From: a virus
Reading direction: 5' to 3' (one strand)
Virus record (IMG/VR): IMGVR_UViG_3300002835_000063
Coordinates: 1 to 64,000 of that record
Length of the DNA: 64,000 bases
Part shown: positions 28,273 to 37,826 of the stretch, in pieces
Layout of the letters: each line of letters opens with the position of its first letter
Numbering within the stretch: position 1 is the stretch's first letter
Notes under the pieces: model-generated
Told to the model about the DNA's origin: nothing
Databases searched by the model: none
The model's input: only the letters and a program-made list of their open reading frames with translations
Position numbers and translations under genes: made by a program

Positions 28273-28624
28273 TAGGTTCCTCTTCTAGTCGCAACCACTC
28301 GACAACCTCAGGATTGTCTTTAATAAACGATAGCATAGGTGCTTCCCAAATACCAATAAAGTGGTGTTCCCACACATCATAAGGATCTTTACCGTCGGGC
28401 GTCTTTTGGCCGCTGCCATAAACCATCCCAATGGCGTGAATGATTTCGTGGAGCAGCGTCTGTTGTTTTTTAGTGAATGCAATATTGGCGTCCAGTACTA
28501 TCAAGTTGCCCTGGTCTAGCGTGTAGCCATAAGAGTTGTCATTGAGGGTTCCGTCTTTTTTGACGTTGCGTTCCTCAATGTGAAAAACCTGGGCGCCTAT
28601 GCGGACTTTTTTGGGGACAGACAT
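28220..28624 (-). CDS. HExxH metallopeptidase-like protein
   Basis: TLLHEIIHAI. Confidence 0.7.
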   Translation of the reverse strand: MSVPKKVRIGAQVFHIEERNVKKDGTLNDNSYGYTLDQGNLIVLDANIAFTKKQQTLLHEIIHAIGMVYGSGQKTPDGKDPYDVWEHHFIGIWEAPMLSFIKDNPEVVEWLRLEEEPSGEKKQGVRASNTSAKR

Positions 28625-28642
28625 GGCTCTATGTTATCTGAT

Positions 28643-29551
28643 TTAGCCGGATAGTAGTAGTACGGCATTTAGGGCAAATGCCACAGCCCTATTTTGGTCG
28701 TCTAAGTGCAGGGCAGGGGTTCCGGCAATCATAAGCCCGGCCAGTCTTTTGGCGTCATATTTAGTCAAACCAAAGGTTTCTAGCATTTGATTAAAAGCAC
28801 TCTGGGAGCGAGTTGACCAGTCATGCCCGATCACACGAAGCCCGTACCCACTATCAGACCTAGTCAGCTCATAGTAGCCCTCAATAATTTTGTCATACCA
28901 GCTGTAGGAGCTCTGACAAAGTTTGGCAATATCGTATGCCCTCGGGCCGTAAATTGATGGCCCATCAAATCCACCCCGAGGGTCAATAAGTTTTATGGTT
29001 TGCAAATCTTTACTAATCATAATGTTCGAGAAGCAGAAATCACCATGAAGCACGGCTATTTCCGGGGGCGTCTTAAATAATACGCCAGAGTTTTCAATTA
29101 ATAAGCTACCCAAACTTCTGTGCTTTTTGCCATTTAATATGCATCCCTCAAAGAATATGTTCTTAAGTTCTTTATTTTCTATTTCGTATATTCGATCAAG
29201 TGCTTTTTTAATAAATAACCTATAAAGAGTGGCATAGTCAGTCTTCTGCCCAGTTTCATTAAACTTACAATAAACTTCATTTATTGAAAAAAAGATCTGC
29301 GCCCAATCCTTAGCTGAAAGTTCTTTACTGTTTACTAGTTCAGTTAAAGGTAGGAGGTCTAGATATTCCATTTCATACCAAGAAAAGTTTTCTGAATATC
29401 TGTAAAGCCTAGGCATGAGCTTTTTAATTTGATCAGGAGAGTTAACGTAGAATAGAATCTCGCCTTCAAGCTTGTCTATTTTAGTGGAAGACTTTCTTAC
29501 AACTTCACGCTCTAAGTCAATATCAATAGTGTTAAAGTTCCTAGGCTTCAT
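28643..29551 (-). CDS. APH/choline-kinase-like phosphotransferase
   Basis: YEMEY, HGDFCFSNI, LIDPRG, YDIAKL. Confidence 0.85.
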   Translation of the reverse strand: MKPRNFNTIDIDLEREVVRKSSTKIDKLEGEILFYVNSPDQIKKLMPRLYRYSENFSWYEMEYLDLLPLTELVNSKELSAKDWAQIFFSINEVYCKFNETGQKTDYATLYRLFIKKALDRIYEIENKELKNIFFEGCILNGKKHRSLGSLLIENSGVLFKTPPEIAVLHGDFCFSNIMISKDLQTIKLIDPRGGFDGPSIYGPRAYDIAKLCQSSYSWYDKIIEGYYELTRSDSGYGLRVIGHDWSTRSQSAFNQMLETFGLTKYDAKRLAGLMIAGTPALHLDDQNRAVAFALNAVLLLSG

Positions 29552-30224
29552 TTGTAGGTGCCTCGACAATAGTGGCGTCTACTATGTTTTTAACACTCGA
29601 AGCGTACCAGCTGCCCCCACGGGCGGAAGGAATTCCCTGTTGGTTTAAACTATCTGCAATTGATTGATATGAGTGACCAAGACTTCTTTTAATTTTTATT
29701 TGTTCCGCCACTGCCGGCGAAATTATTTGCTTAGGGCCAATGTCCTTACCCCAAACCACCCCTTGCTCCCGTCGGTCCTTGTGAATGTCCTTGGCTCGCT
29801 CGGCAATTATGCCTCGCTCCATCTCAGCCAGTGCCGACATAATCGTGACTACAAACCGACCCTGATATGTAGATGTATCAAGATTCAGGTCCAGCATGAT
29901 CAGACGCCAACCATTACGACCAGCTCGATCCACAATGTCCAGGAAGTCCTTGGTTGACCTAGCCAACCTATCAATCCTGGTTACAATCAGCGCTCCCGCT
30001 TTTTCTTCGTCTAACTGATGGAGGGCGTCTATTAACTTTGGTCGGCCCGAAACATTCTTGCCGGAGCGGCCCTCTTCCAGCATTACTTCCCACTCAGTAA
30101 AGCCATACATTTGCGCAGCTTGGATTAGTTGGCGTTCCTGCGCTCCTAGTGACACACCGTCATCAACCTGCATCTGCGTTGACACACGAGCGTATAAAAG
30201 TGCTTTACCAGTAGGGGCGTCCAT
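29541..30224 (-). CDS. Serine recombinase (resolvase/invertase family)
   Basis: YARVST, SGK...RPKL, RIDRLAR, AEMER; IADSLNQQG tail. Confidence 0.93.
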   Translation of the reverse strand: MDAPTGKALLYARVSTQMQVDDGVSLGAQERQLIQAAQMYGFTEWEVMLEEGRSGKNVSGRPKLIDALHQLDEEKAGALIVTRIDRLARSTKDFLDIVDRAGRNGWRLIMLDLNLDTSTYQGRFVVTIMSALAEMERGIIAERAKDIHKDRREQGVVWGKDIGPKQIISPAVAEQIKIKRSLGHSYQSIADSLNQQGIPSARGGSWYASSVKNIVDATIVEAPTNEA

Positions 30225-30808
30225 TAAAATCTATCCGAATCATCTTCCATAGGCGGCATGTAGAACTCATCAAATCTAGTTTTTAAGTGTATTTCTGAAT
30301 ACCAAAGTACAAGCTCTAATTTATTTCCAGAAATTACTTCAGATACTCCCACCTCATTAGATTCATCTACTCCATACATAAGCAAGTCGCCTGCCCCCAA
30401 TTTAATGGTGTCTCCGGTGTTAGTAAAAGTAGTAGTTCCACCTTCATAATCGTCATTTAGTCCAAGTATTGCAATTTTTCTGTCAATCTTATGGACCTGG
30501 GCATCCCTACTGGTGTCGCGTTCTACGGTTGGCATAATTTTAGAGCCGGTGACTAATTCTCTAAAAAAGAATTTAACCGACTCCAAAACTCCCCCCGATC
30601 TATTTTTATCAAAATAATTAAGGGAAACTCTAAAGATTTTTTCAATATAGCCCCCATCAGACCAACTGTCTGGCCTATTCCCCAGTGGGTAGGAGCCAAT
30701 TCCATCCACAAAAGACGCTAAAATTAAAGCCTTTTTAGCATATAGCTCTAAAGATTTAGCCTCTTCTTTAGACAAGAATTCTCGTACCAAAATGTATTTT
30801 TGGGTCAT
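30224..30808 (-). CDS. Degenerate 2OG-Fe(II) oxygenase fold lacking metal ligands
   Basis: LNDDYEGG kept; HxD and distal His absent. Confidence 0.7.
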   Translation of the reverse strand: MTQKYILVREFLSKEEAKSLELYAKKALILASFVDGIGSYPLGNRPDSWSDGGYIEKIFRVSLNYFDKNRSGGVLESVKFFFRELVTGSKIMPTVERDTSRDAQVHKIDRKIAILGLNDDYEGGTTTFTNTGDTIKLGAGDLLMYGVDESNEVGVSEVISGNKLELVLWYSEIHLKTRFDEFYMPPMEDDSDRF

Positions 30809-30863
30809 CCCATTAGTTTAATTGATAAATCTAATTCACTAATCGGCTGATAGAATATCAAAT

Positions 30864-31448
30864 ATGACCGAAAAAGCCTTGCCCTACCATTTAGTCAAAA
30901 ATGCTTTGACTCCAGAGCAGTGCGAAGCATATGTTAAGTGGATTGACAAATATGCAACTAGCGATAAGTTTCGTCCGGGCTACAGGCTTATTTCTGTAGA
31001 ACATGATCAATGGCACAACGAAGAGATTCCCTTTCTAGACCCCATTAAAAAAGTTTTTACTAAGGCTCAAAACTATTTCCTCGATAACTATGAGATTGAG
31101 CACACTTTTGATATGAAACGCTTTTTTGGAAACATTATGGAAACAGGCACCGAAAATCCAGCACACGACGACGATGGAGACTACTATCCAGACAAACCAG
31201 AAGTTGAAAAGCACTATTCAGGAATTTTGATGCTTAATAGTGATTACGAAGGCGGGGAGCTGTACTTTGAGCACCACAACCTTCAAGTCAAGCTAGAAGC
31301 AGGGGACGTCATTATGTTTAGGGGAAACGCTGAAAACCTACACGGTGTCAGACCAATAACTAGCGGTCGTCGTATAAATTTCATTTTTTTCTTTAGGGAC
31401 TACATTCCAAATAACCGACTCCAGGAGGAGCAAAGTGCCCAACATTAA
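30864..31448 (+). CDS. 2OG-Fe(II) oxygenase
   Basis: HDD...LNSDYEGGEL...HGV...R. Confidence 0.88.
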   Translation: MTEKALPYHLVKNALTPEQCEAYVKWIDKYATSDKFRPGYRLISVEHDQWHNEEIPFLDPIKKVFTKAQNYFLDNYEIEHTFDMKRFFGNIMETGTENPAHDDDGDYYPDKPEVEKHYSGILMLNSDYEGGELYFEHHNLQVKLEAGDVIMFRGNAENLHGVRPITSGRRINFIFFFRDYIPNNRLQEEQSAQH

Positions 31449-32013
31449 CGAGCAACTTGTAACTGTCATAGAGGGCTTTATAACTAAAGAAGAAGCCGAA
31501 ACACTTAAAGAGGAAATTCTGTCAAGGTGCGGTCCGGACCCTCGCGACAACTACAGAACTTACGGGATCGACAGTTTCGAGATGTTGACGAGAGACAAAG
31601 GATTCCCCTGGGATGCCAACGACACTTTAAGACAGGTAGGGCTTTATGCCTATAACTTCTTCAAAAAGCACTATGACCTAGACGAAAGTTTTATATTAGA
31701 TAGAGCTTTCGGAAACATCATGGATAAAGGCGCATATCTCGACTCGCACATGGACTTTTCTTACAGTGCAGAGCATGCTCACGATCCCAACAAGAAGACT
31801 TTTGTTTGCGGCCTTTTCCTAAATGATGACTATGACGGTGGCAATTTTACCTTCTACGAAGGAGACCTAATCTCTTTTAAACCCCGCCAAGGAACCATCG
31901 TTCTATTTAACGGGCACTCTACTCGCCACGGAGTGCAAGAAATTTTAGAAAACACCCGAGTAAATGTTTTATATATGTTTTATTACACAGACCCAGAATT
32001 AGTTACTGATTAA
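31435..32013 (+). CDS. 2OG-Fe(II) oxygenase
   Basis: HMD...LNDDYDGG...HGV...R. Confidence 0.88.
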   Translation: MPNINEQLVTVIEGFITKEEAETLKEEILSRCGPDPRDNYRTYGIDSFEMLTRDKGFPWDANDTLRQVGLYAYNFFKKHYDLDESFILDRAFGNIMDKGAYLDSHMDFSYSAEHAHDPNKKTFVCGLFLNDDYDGGNFTFYEGDLISFKPRQGTIVLFNGHSTRHGVQEILENTRVNVLYMFYYTDPELVTD

Positions 32014-32638
32014 ATTTAGCTAAGTCTTCTGAAGTATGACAAGAACATGAAGCAGTGGACAGGTCTACTTTGTATGTGAAAGACATGGCGGTTCTTGGCC
32101 TAGGCGTGTCCACGGAGTGCAGCACACCGTGAGGCACAAATAAAAGATCTCCCTCTTCAACGAATATAACTTCGTTGGGATCAGAGTTTACGGCTAGCCC
32201 ATCCAGATCCACGTCATCAGGCATATTGTGCCAAACCTTCCAGGTCGAGCTGCCTTTAGTCTGCCAATAAAAAGAGTGCCTAGGATCCGAGTGAATATTA
32301 ATTGGAATCTCGTTGGCTATAAAGTTAACAAAAGTGACTGTGTATAGCGGATCTGAATCTGTAAAAGACTTTAGGGTTTTTACTACCTCTTCAGATTCCG
32401 GAAAGTAGTCAGTGCCAGCATCCCTAACCATAAAGTAGTAATTTTCTCTAATGTTTATGCCACGCACCGAGTACTCTTTATCGTCGTACTTTAAGTACGG
32501 ATCGTAGCTTTCATCCCAGTACTTGTCGTGGGCGTGATCTATAAACCGCTCCCAAGCTGGCGTATTTGGAAAAGCATTTTTCCAAAGAAGTACTCTGGTA
32601 TCAAGGATTGCTCGATTTACGGACTCTTTTGTAAACAT
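32003..32638 (-). CDS. JmjC/cupin-like oxygenase
   Basis: HSD, QTKGSSTWKV, GDLLFVPHGVLHSV. Confidence 0.8.
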   Translation of the reverse strand: MFTKESVNRAILDTRVLLWKNAFPNTPAWERFIDHAHDKYWDESYDPYLKYDDKEYSVRGINIRENYYFMVRDAGTDYFPESEEVVKTLKSFTDSDPLYTVTFVNFIANEIPINIHSDPRHSFYWQTKGSSTWKVWHNMPDDVDLDGLAVNSDPNEVIFVEEGDLLFVPHGVLHSVDTPRPRTAMSFTYKVDLSTASCSCHTSEDLAKFNQ

Positions 32639-32686
32639 ATTAAAATTCTAACAGCCCCCAGCTAATACGCTGATATTAGGCCGAAT

Positions 32687-33142
32687 TTACGTCACAGACT
32701 TAAAACAGTCTGCACACACAGTTCCAGTTACATTTATGTTAGCTATTGGAACATTGAACAGGTGAAATTCTTCCGTGTATTTACCACAAGAATCGCAAGA
32801 TTTGTCGTTTTTTGGTATTTCGGTAAGAATAGCGCTCATAAAGCAAGAACGGCACATAGCTCGATCCGGCATGGGCAGGGCCCCAAACCATACGGTCGCA
32901 GAGTCAAAACTTAGGTGTTGACAAAGTTTAGGAGCAAGCTGTTTAGACCCTGGATATCTAAGAGAGTCTAAAATTTTCCACTTAGAAAATATGGGGCTAA
33001 GAAGCAAATTAGAAACGTCAACAGAGCCGGATTCAATGTGCCTAGTTGCCGCTGAGTCCATTATGTGCCTAGATAGATTTGCATTTTCTTCCGTGGCACC
33101 AGCAAATTGATCGCGTAGGTGGATTTCCCTAATGTTGTCCAT
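32687..33142 (-). CDS. Cys-rich hypothetical protein
   Basis: CQH, CRSC, CDSC, CADC. Confidence 0.6.
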   Translation of the reverse strand: MDNIREIHLRDQFAGATEENANLSRHIMDSAATRHIESGSVDVSNLLLSPIFSKWKILDSLRYPGSKQLAPKLCQHLSFDSATVWFGALPMPDRAMCRSCFMSAILTEIPKNDKSCDSCGKYTEEFHLFNVPIANINVTGTVCADCFKSVT

Positions 33143-33149
33143 ATTTTCC

Positions 33150-33674
33150 CTATCTAGTTTCGTGATTGTTTAAAAGTTCGTATAATTTTTCTTTTACCTC
33201 AAACGGTCTGTCCGGAAAATATGCAAAAGTAACTAAAAAGTCGCCTTTATGAAATTTGGTACATAAAAAGTAAATCTCCCCGCCCTCAGAAATTAGTGGC
33301 AGATATGACGTATCGCCCCTAGCGTAAAGACCTAAAAGCTTTTCTCCAGGCTCATCAAAACTTCTAATGTGCTCATAAAAAGCATGGATCGGATGCAACC
33401 AGTAAATTGGATCCATGTCTGTATTATCAACATCAAAATCCATATAGTCCAGTCTTGTAGTAAGCACCCAGTGAGAAGTCTCTATAGCTTTAGGGTTAAT
33501 TCGATCAGCTTTTCTAGCCTCGATCATGGCCGCCTGGGCCTCTGCCAGACCAGCAGCAGTAAATGGGACATGAACCGCGTCGCCCATTTGAAAAACTAAT
33601 TCTTGATATTTATAGTAGGTAGATTCGGCAGATTGAATTACTAGCCGCTGTACAACAGATGACGATGAAACCAC
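33150..33674 (-). CDS. Hypothetical protein
   Basis: GTG start with AAGGAG RBS. Confidence 0.65.
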   Translation of the reverse strand: MVSSSSVVQRLVIQSAESTYYKYQELVFQMGDAVHVPFTAAGLAEAQAAMIEARKADRINPKAIETSHWVLTTRLDYMDFDVDNTDMDPIYWLHPIHAFYEHIRSFDEPGEKLLGLYARGDTSYLPLISEGGEIYFLCTKFHKGDFLVTFAYFPDRPFEVKEKLYELLNNHETR

Positions 33675-33768
33675 TTTGTGCTCCTTAGTGAGTTAATTAT
33701 TTAGTTAGATCCCGTGCTCGGGGATTACATTCAGTATACAGCTAATTCATTCTGACTGCAACCAAATT

Positions 33769-33798
33769 TCATACAATCTTAGGTCTAAGTTTGTATGA
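33769..33798. repeat. 30-bp near-perfect palindrome (14-2-14)
   Basis: TCATACAATCTTAG-GT-CTAAGTTTGTATGA, one mismatch. Confidence 0.85.
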
Positions 33799-33868
33799 CG
33801 TTATTGCACGTAGCGTTATGTACATTATCCAGCAAAATCAAGGTGTTCAATCTGCTATATTTAGTACC

Positions 33869-35158
33869 TTATCTAGAAGGAAAATACTTCACAGTGCCAA
33901 TCTCTACCTCAGATCCATTTACAATCGCCACTATTCGATAGACGGCAACTGCACCCGGTTTGTCTGAAATAGTCATATTGTTTGTTCCTACGGAGACAGA
34001 AGCAAATTGTCTCCATCCAGGTCTTATAGATCCAGTTTTGTAGATTAAGTAGGAAGTCGCACCTGGAATAGAGTTCCAGCTCAGGATCCCAAAGAATGAT
34101 CCAGAGCCCGCTTGAACGACGCTAACTGCCTCGGGAAGCTGAATTTGTTCTGGAACAGGAGACGAAATCGGAGCTGGATCGGGGGCAGGAGCTACGCTAA
34201 AAGACTTTTCTACATTTACTAGATAGTTATTAGAAAAACTGCTGTTTTTTACTATCCCGGGCTCTCCCAAAGAAAGCAAAGTTGGTAGGGCATCTTTAGC
34301 GCTTAAAACTTTGTTACTAGATACATAGGTGGCTATAGCTCCAGCCACAAACGGACTTGCAGCAGAGGTCCCACTTCTGGACGCTGGAAGGCTAAAGTTT
34401 GCAGAATTAGCCGAGCTTATTCGAACCCCCGGCGCAAAAACATCTACGCAAGAGCCCCAATTCGAAAAAGATGCTCTAGTGTCCGATTCATCGATTGCCC
34501 CAACAGCAATTACGCCGGGCGCACTGGCGGGAGAGAAAGTACAAGCATCAACATTTGAATTGCCCGCAGCAGCCACTACTACAAGACCAGCATCTATAAG
34601 TCTTGCTACTGCAGCATTTGCTTGATCGCTTTTTGTTCCGCCCAAACTCATGTTCACTATTCCAACAGTGCCAGCCGGATGAGCGGAAAGAATCCAGTTA
34701 ATTCCTGCTAGCAAGCTGCTAGTGTTACCCTGACCAGAACAGTTAAGAACCCTAACCGGAACCACCGAGGCCGCCTTAGCCACACCATAAGTTGTCCCAG
34801 CAACGACACCAGCAACGTGAGTTCCATGTCCGTTACAGTCACTCTGCGAAAGATTTTGATTAAATGCGTCAAACCCTTGAAGCACTCTTCCGGCTAGTTC
34901 GGGGTGATTAGCATCTACGCCAGTATCTACGATATAAATTCGGATTGATTTTCCGTCACCCACATATTCGTATTTACCGTCTTTAATGCCGTCTATCCGG
35001 TCAAGCCCCCACCCAGCAGGGGTTTGGTACCCCATTGTTCTAAAAATGGTTTCTTTAAATCGACGCCCCGCTGCCTCAGCCGGTACCACCGCCGCGGTCC
35101 CTAAAACAAGAGATACGGCAAAAGCTAAAACTGCTGGCCACTTTTTATAAACAGTCAT
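33869..35158 (-). CDS. Secreted subtilisin-like S8 serine protease
   Basis: Signal peptide; VDTG, HGTHVAG, AAAGN, SGTSAASP. Confidence 0.95.
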   Translation of the reverse strand: MTVYKKWPAVLAFAVSLVLGTAAVVPAEAAGRRFKETIFRTMGYQTPAGWGLDRIDGIKDGKYEYVGDGKSIRIYIVDTGVDANHPELAGRVLQGFDAFNQNLSQSDCNGHGTHVAGVVAGTTYGVAKAASVVPVRVLNCSGQGNTSSLLAGINWILSAHPAGTVGIVNMSLGGTKSDQANAAVARLIDAGLVVVAAAGNSNVDACTFSPASAPGVIAVGAIDESDTRASFSNWGSCVDVFAPGVRISSANSANFSLPASRSGTSAASPFVAGAIATYVSSNKVLSAKDALPTLLSLGEPGIVKNSSFSNNYLVNVEKSFSVAPAPDPAPISSPVPEQIQLPEAVSVVQAGSGSFFGILSWNSIPGATSYLIYKTGSIRPGWRQFASVSVGTNNMTISDKPGAVAVYRIVAIVNGSEVEIGTVKYFPSR

Positions 35159-35165
35159 GCCACAT

Positions 35166-35198
35166 AAAGTAGCAAAGATCAATTAGTTTGTCAAGTCC
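35166..35198 (-). promoter_or_regulatory. Sigma-A-type leaderless promoter
   Basis: TTGACA-17-TACTTT, 7 nt before the ATG at 35158. Confidence 0.75.
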
Positions 35199-35217
35199 CG
35201 GGAAGCCTATTTATTGA

Positions 35218-36192
35218 TCAATCTAAAAGACCCCTTAATGAGCTATTGTCAACAAACTTTCTTAGAATGTCGACAGCTGTCTCATTGTGTGGCATCACTA
35301 TATAGGTGTGATGTTTTACATATGACATAGCAATATACTCCATATGATAAGACCTAGTCTCTTCTTTAGAGACTCCAGGTATGTATCCTGGTTTGATCTG
35401 TGTAGCTAGCTCAACTACAGTTTGACCATTTTGCATAAACATGTGATTTGTAAGGCCCCCGCCAGAAAGCCCGATTAAAACCCTTACATCCCTAAAATAG
35501 GACATCTGTTCTTGTATGTTAGAAAAATCTTCTGGCGAGACTATCTCATAGCCGTGACTTTTAAAAAAATTTTCTAAAATATATTCATCGTCAATTCTTT
35601 TATCGAGAGTGATTAGTTCACCGTCTTTGCGATAATATTTTTTTTCTGTTTTGCTTCTACTTACATACACTTTTCTATTGGGCGATTTTTCTTCGTCTAC
35701 TACTCCTACAGTGTATTCTATAAACTCCAAAGAGTCTCTCATTGATTGAAGCGTCCCCCGGAAACTTTCAACAATAAAAAAATTATTTATATGCAAACAA
35801 CTGTCATAAGGAACAAAAGTATATTCAATTTTTTTCATTGTTAAATATTTTGATATTGCTGTTTTCATTCCGGCATACTCTGGCTCAAATATGACAGCCA
35901 ACATTCCAGGGTATTTTTTGGCGTATTCAACAATTGAAGGAATATCTTGTTGGATATTGTGAGAAATAGCCTTACTGGCTGTGCTAATTAAATATTTTCT
36001 TTGATCGCTAAGAATAGAAATAATTTTATAAGTCTCAGGGGACTCGGGGGGACTATCAGAGATGTTGTAATAATTAAATCTATGGGGGTTTTCAACTGGA
36101 TCTTTGCCGTATTTTATGGTCACATATTCATTAGAAGTGGAGTTATAAGTTTCAATTAATCGGGGCCCCCACTCTGCAGGCACAACTAACAC
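35218..36192 (-). CDS. Glycosyltransferase family 61
   Basis: RKVYVSRS, EQMSYF...GGGLTNHMFM...VVEL. Confidence 0.75.
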   Translation of the reverse strand: MLVVPAEWGPRLIETYNSTSNEYVTIKYGKDPVENPHRFNYYNISDSPPESPETYKIISILSDQRKYLISTASKAISHNIQQDIPSIVEYAKKYPGMLAVIFEPEYAGMKTAISKYLTMKKIEYTFVPYDSCLHINNFFIVESFRGTLQSMRDSLEFIEYTVGVVDEEKSPNRKVYVSRSKTEKKYYRKDGELITLDKRIDDEYILENFFKSHGYEIVSPEDFSNIQEQMSYFRDVRVLIGLSGGGLTNHMFMQNGQTVVELATQIKPGYIPGVSKEETRSYHMEYIAMSYVKHHTYIVMPHNETAVDILRKFVDNSSLRGLLD

Positions 36193-36274
36193 AATAAATC
36201 TCCAATGAATAGAATTTAATTTAGTACTATAATACTATGTTTTACTTTATTTTTAATAAGTTAGTATTAAAACT

Positions 36275-37024
36275 ATGACTATAACCATAATTCCCGCAGC
36301 AGGCGACAGCCTAAGATTTAAAAACCTTGGCTACTCAATCCCAAAACCTTCAATAGTAGTGGCCAACAATCCAATAATTTATTGGTCTCTCCTGGGCAGC
36401 AAAAAATCTATTAAATCAGATAAAACAGTAATTGTAGCAAAAAATTTAGATGTAGAAATTATATCTAAATCAATTTTTTTATCGAACAAAAAGTTAAATC
36501 TAAAAAATTTAAAAATTGTTGCTATAAATGAATCAACTAGCGGACCCGCCGAAACCGTTGCACAATGTTTAATTAATTTAGGGCCTGAACTAGACAGAAC
36601 CTCGCCAATATATTGTTTAGACTCCGATATGTTTTTATTGTTTGACAACAAAAAAGTTTTTTGGGATCTTGAAAAAGAATGCTATATTGTAGCTGGAGAG
36701 TCTAATCACCCCGAGCATTGTTATTTAGACACAAACAAAAATAAAGTTATTTCAATTTCTGAAAAAAAGAAAATTTCTAACTTAGCAATAGTTGGTTGTT
36801 ACATATTTAAGTCTGCTGATACATATTTAAATTTATATGAAAAAGCAAAACAAAATTTAAAAAAAGACAAAGAATTTTATATTTCAGATGTAGTAAAAGA
36901 GTCAGTAGTTAGAAATACTTGCGGCCACATACTGGCCGACACATATCTATCTTTGGGCACCCCCGCCGAAGTAGGCATATCTGAGCCGTACCTTAAAAAT
37001 TTATTTAATTCTGACTGTTTTTAA
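36275..37024 (+). CDS. Sugar-phosphate nucleotidyltransferase-like protein
   Basis: IIPAAGDSLRF...PKP, TSGPAET, EFYIS, LGTP. Confidence 0.8.
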   Translation: MTITIIPAAGDSLRFKNLGYSIPKPSIVVANNPIIYWSLLGSKKSIKSDKTVIVAKNLDVEIISKSIFLSNKKLNLKNLKIVAINESTSGPAETVAQCLINLGPELDRTSPIYCLDSDMFLLFDNKKVFWDLEKECYIVAGESNHPEHCYLDTNKNKVISISEKKKISNLAIVGCYIFKSADTYLNLYEKAKQNLKKDKEFYISDVVKESVVRNTCGHILADTYLSLGTPAEVGISEPYLKNLFNSDCF

Positions 37025-37427
37025 TTCTTTCAATTAACTCTGTCGAAGAAAAATCGTGTGATCTTTGGTTATAATATATTTCTATACCACCAGATAAACA
37101 ATAATCTTTTCCAGTAAAATCTTTTCCTTTGTAGTCTTCCCCAATAATTCGAATATCAATTGGCAAAGCTTTTATAAGATCAAGTAAGTCTTTTTCTGTT
37201 TCATATACAATTATTTCATCAACATATGAGACCGCCTTTAGTTGTATTTGCCTTTCAACAATAGATTGCATTGGTTTGCGCTTACTGGGGCGATCAAGAT
37301 TTGGATTGGTCTGTAGGGCAACTATTAAATAGTCGCAAACTGATCTTGCTTCTTTTAGCATTAAAATATGCCCGGCATGCAAAAGATCAAAGGCTGACGC
37401 AGTAAATCCAATTTTTAATGTTTTCAC
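37005..37427 (-). CDS. tagD: Glycerol-3-phosphate cytidylyltransferase-like protein
   Basis: FDLLHAGH, VDEII, GEDY, FSST. Confidence 0.8.
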   Translation of the reverse strand: MKTLKIGFTASAFDLLHAGHILMLKEARSVCDYLIVALQTNPNLDRPSKRKPMQSIVERQIQLKAVSYVDEIIVYETEKDLLDLIKALPIDIRIIGEDYKGKDFTGKDYCLSGGIEIYYNQRSHDFSSTELIERIKNSQN

Positions 37428-37438
37428 AGAAAAATAAT

Positions 37439-37478
37439 AGTCCCTACTAACAATAGATTAGTAGGGACTTTTATTTTG
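37439..37478. terminator. Hairpin terminator overlapping the tagD-like promoter
   Basis: AGTCCCTACTAA/TTAGTAGGGACT perfect 12-bp stem. Confidence 0.75.
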
Positions 37479-37482
37479 GTTA

Positions 37483-37770
37483 TTAAGCAGACTTGTTCTC
37501 GTTTTCAGAGACAGCTGCCTCGGCTTCTGGGTCCTGGTCTGGATAAGCGGCACCACCAAAGGCAGTGTTAATCTCATCTATGTCTAGCTTTCCGTCCAGC
37601 ATGTAAGCACGGGACAGGTTCTCTGCCACGTCCATTACGCCGATGAATGCAGCAACAGCTGCAGACTGCCAGAGCTCTACTCCAGCAATAGAGCCACCAG
37701 CAAAGGTTCCGCTAATGCGGAGGATGATTAGTGCTGCGGTTCTACGGAATACTTCAGCGAATATCCCCAT
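37483..37770 (-). CDS. Membrane protein, holin-like; paralog of 7736-8062
   Basis: GSIAGVELWQSA...YMLDGKLDIDEIN. Confidence 0.6.
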   Translation of the reverse strand: MGIFAEVFRRTAALIILRISGTFAGGSIAGVELWQSAAVAAFIGVMDVAENLSRAYMLDGKLDIDEINTAFGGAAYPDQDPEAEAAVSENENKSA

Positions 37771-37826
37771 GGGTTCTCCTAGGTTTTGGGTTACGTAACT
37801 CGCCTCTCTCCCTAGGTACTTCTAGT

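Noticed and set aside
29541-30224. Transposon around the serine recombinase
   Set aside because: No transposase, TnpB or terminal repeats; the gene is embedded in an operon
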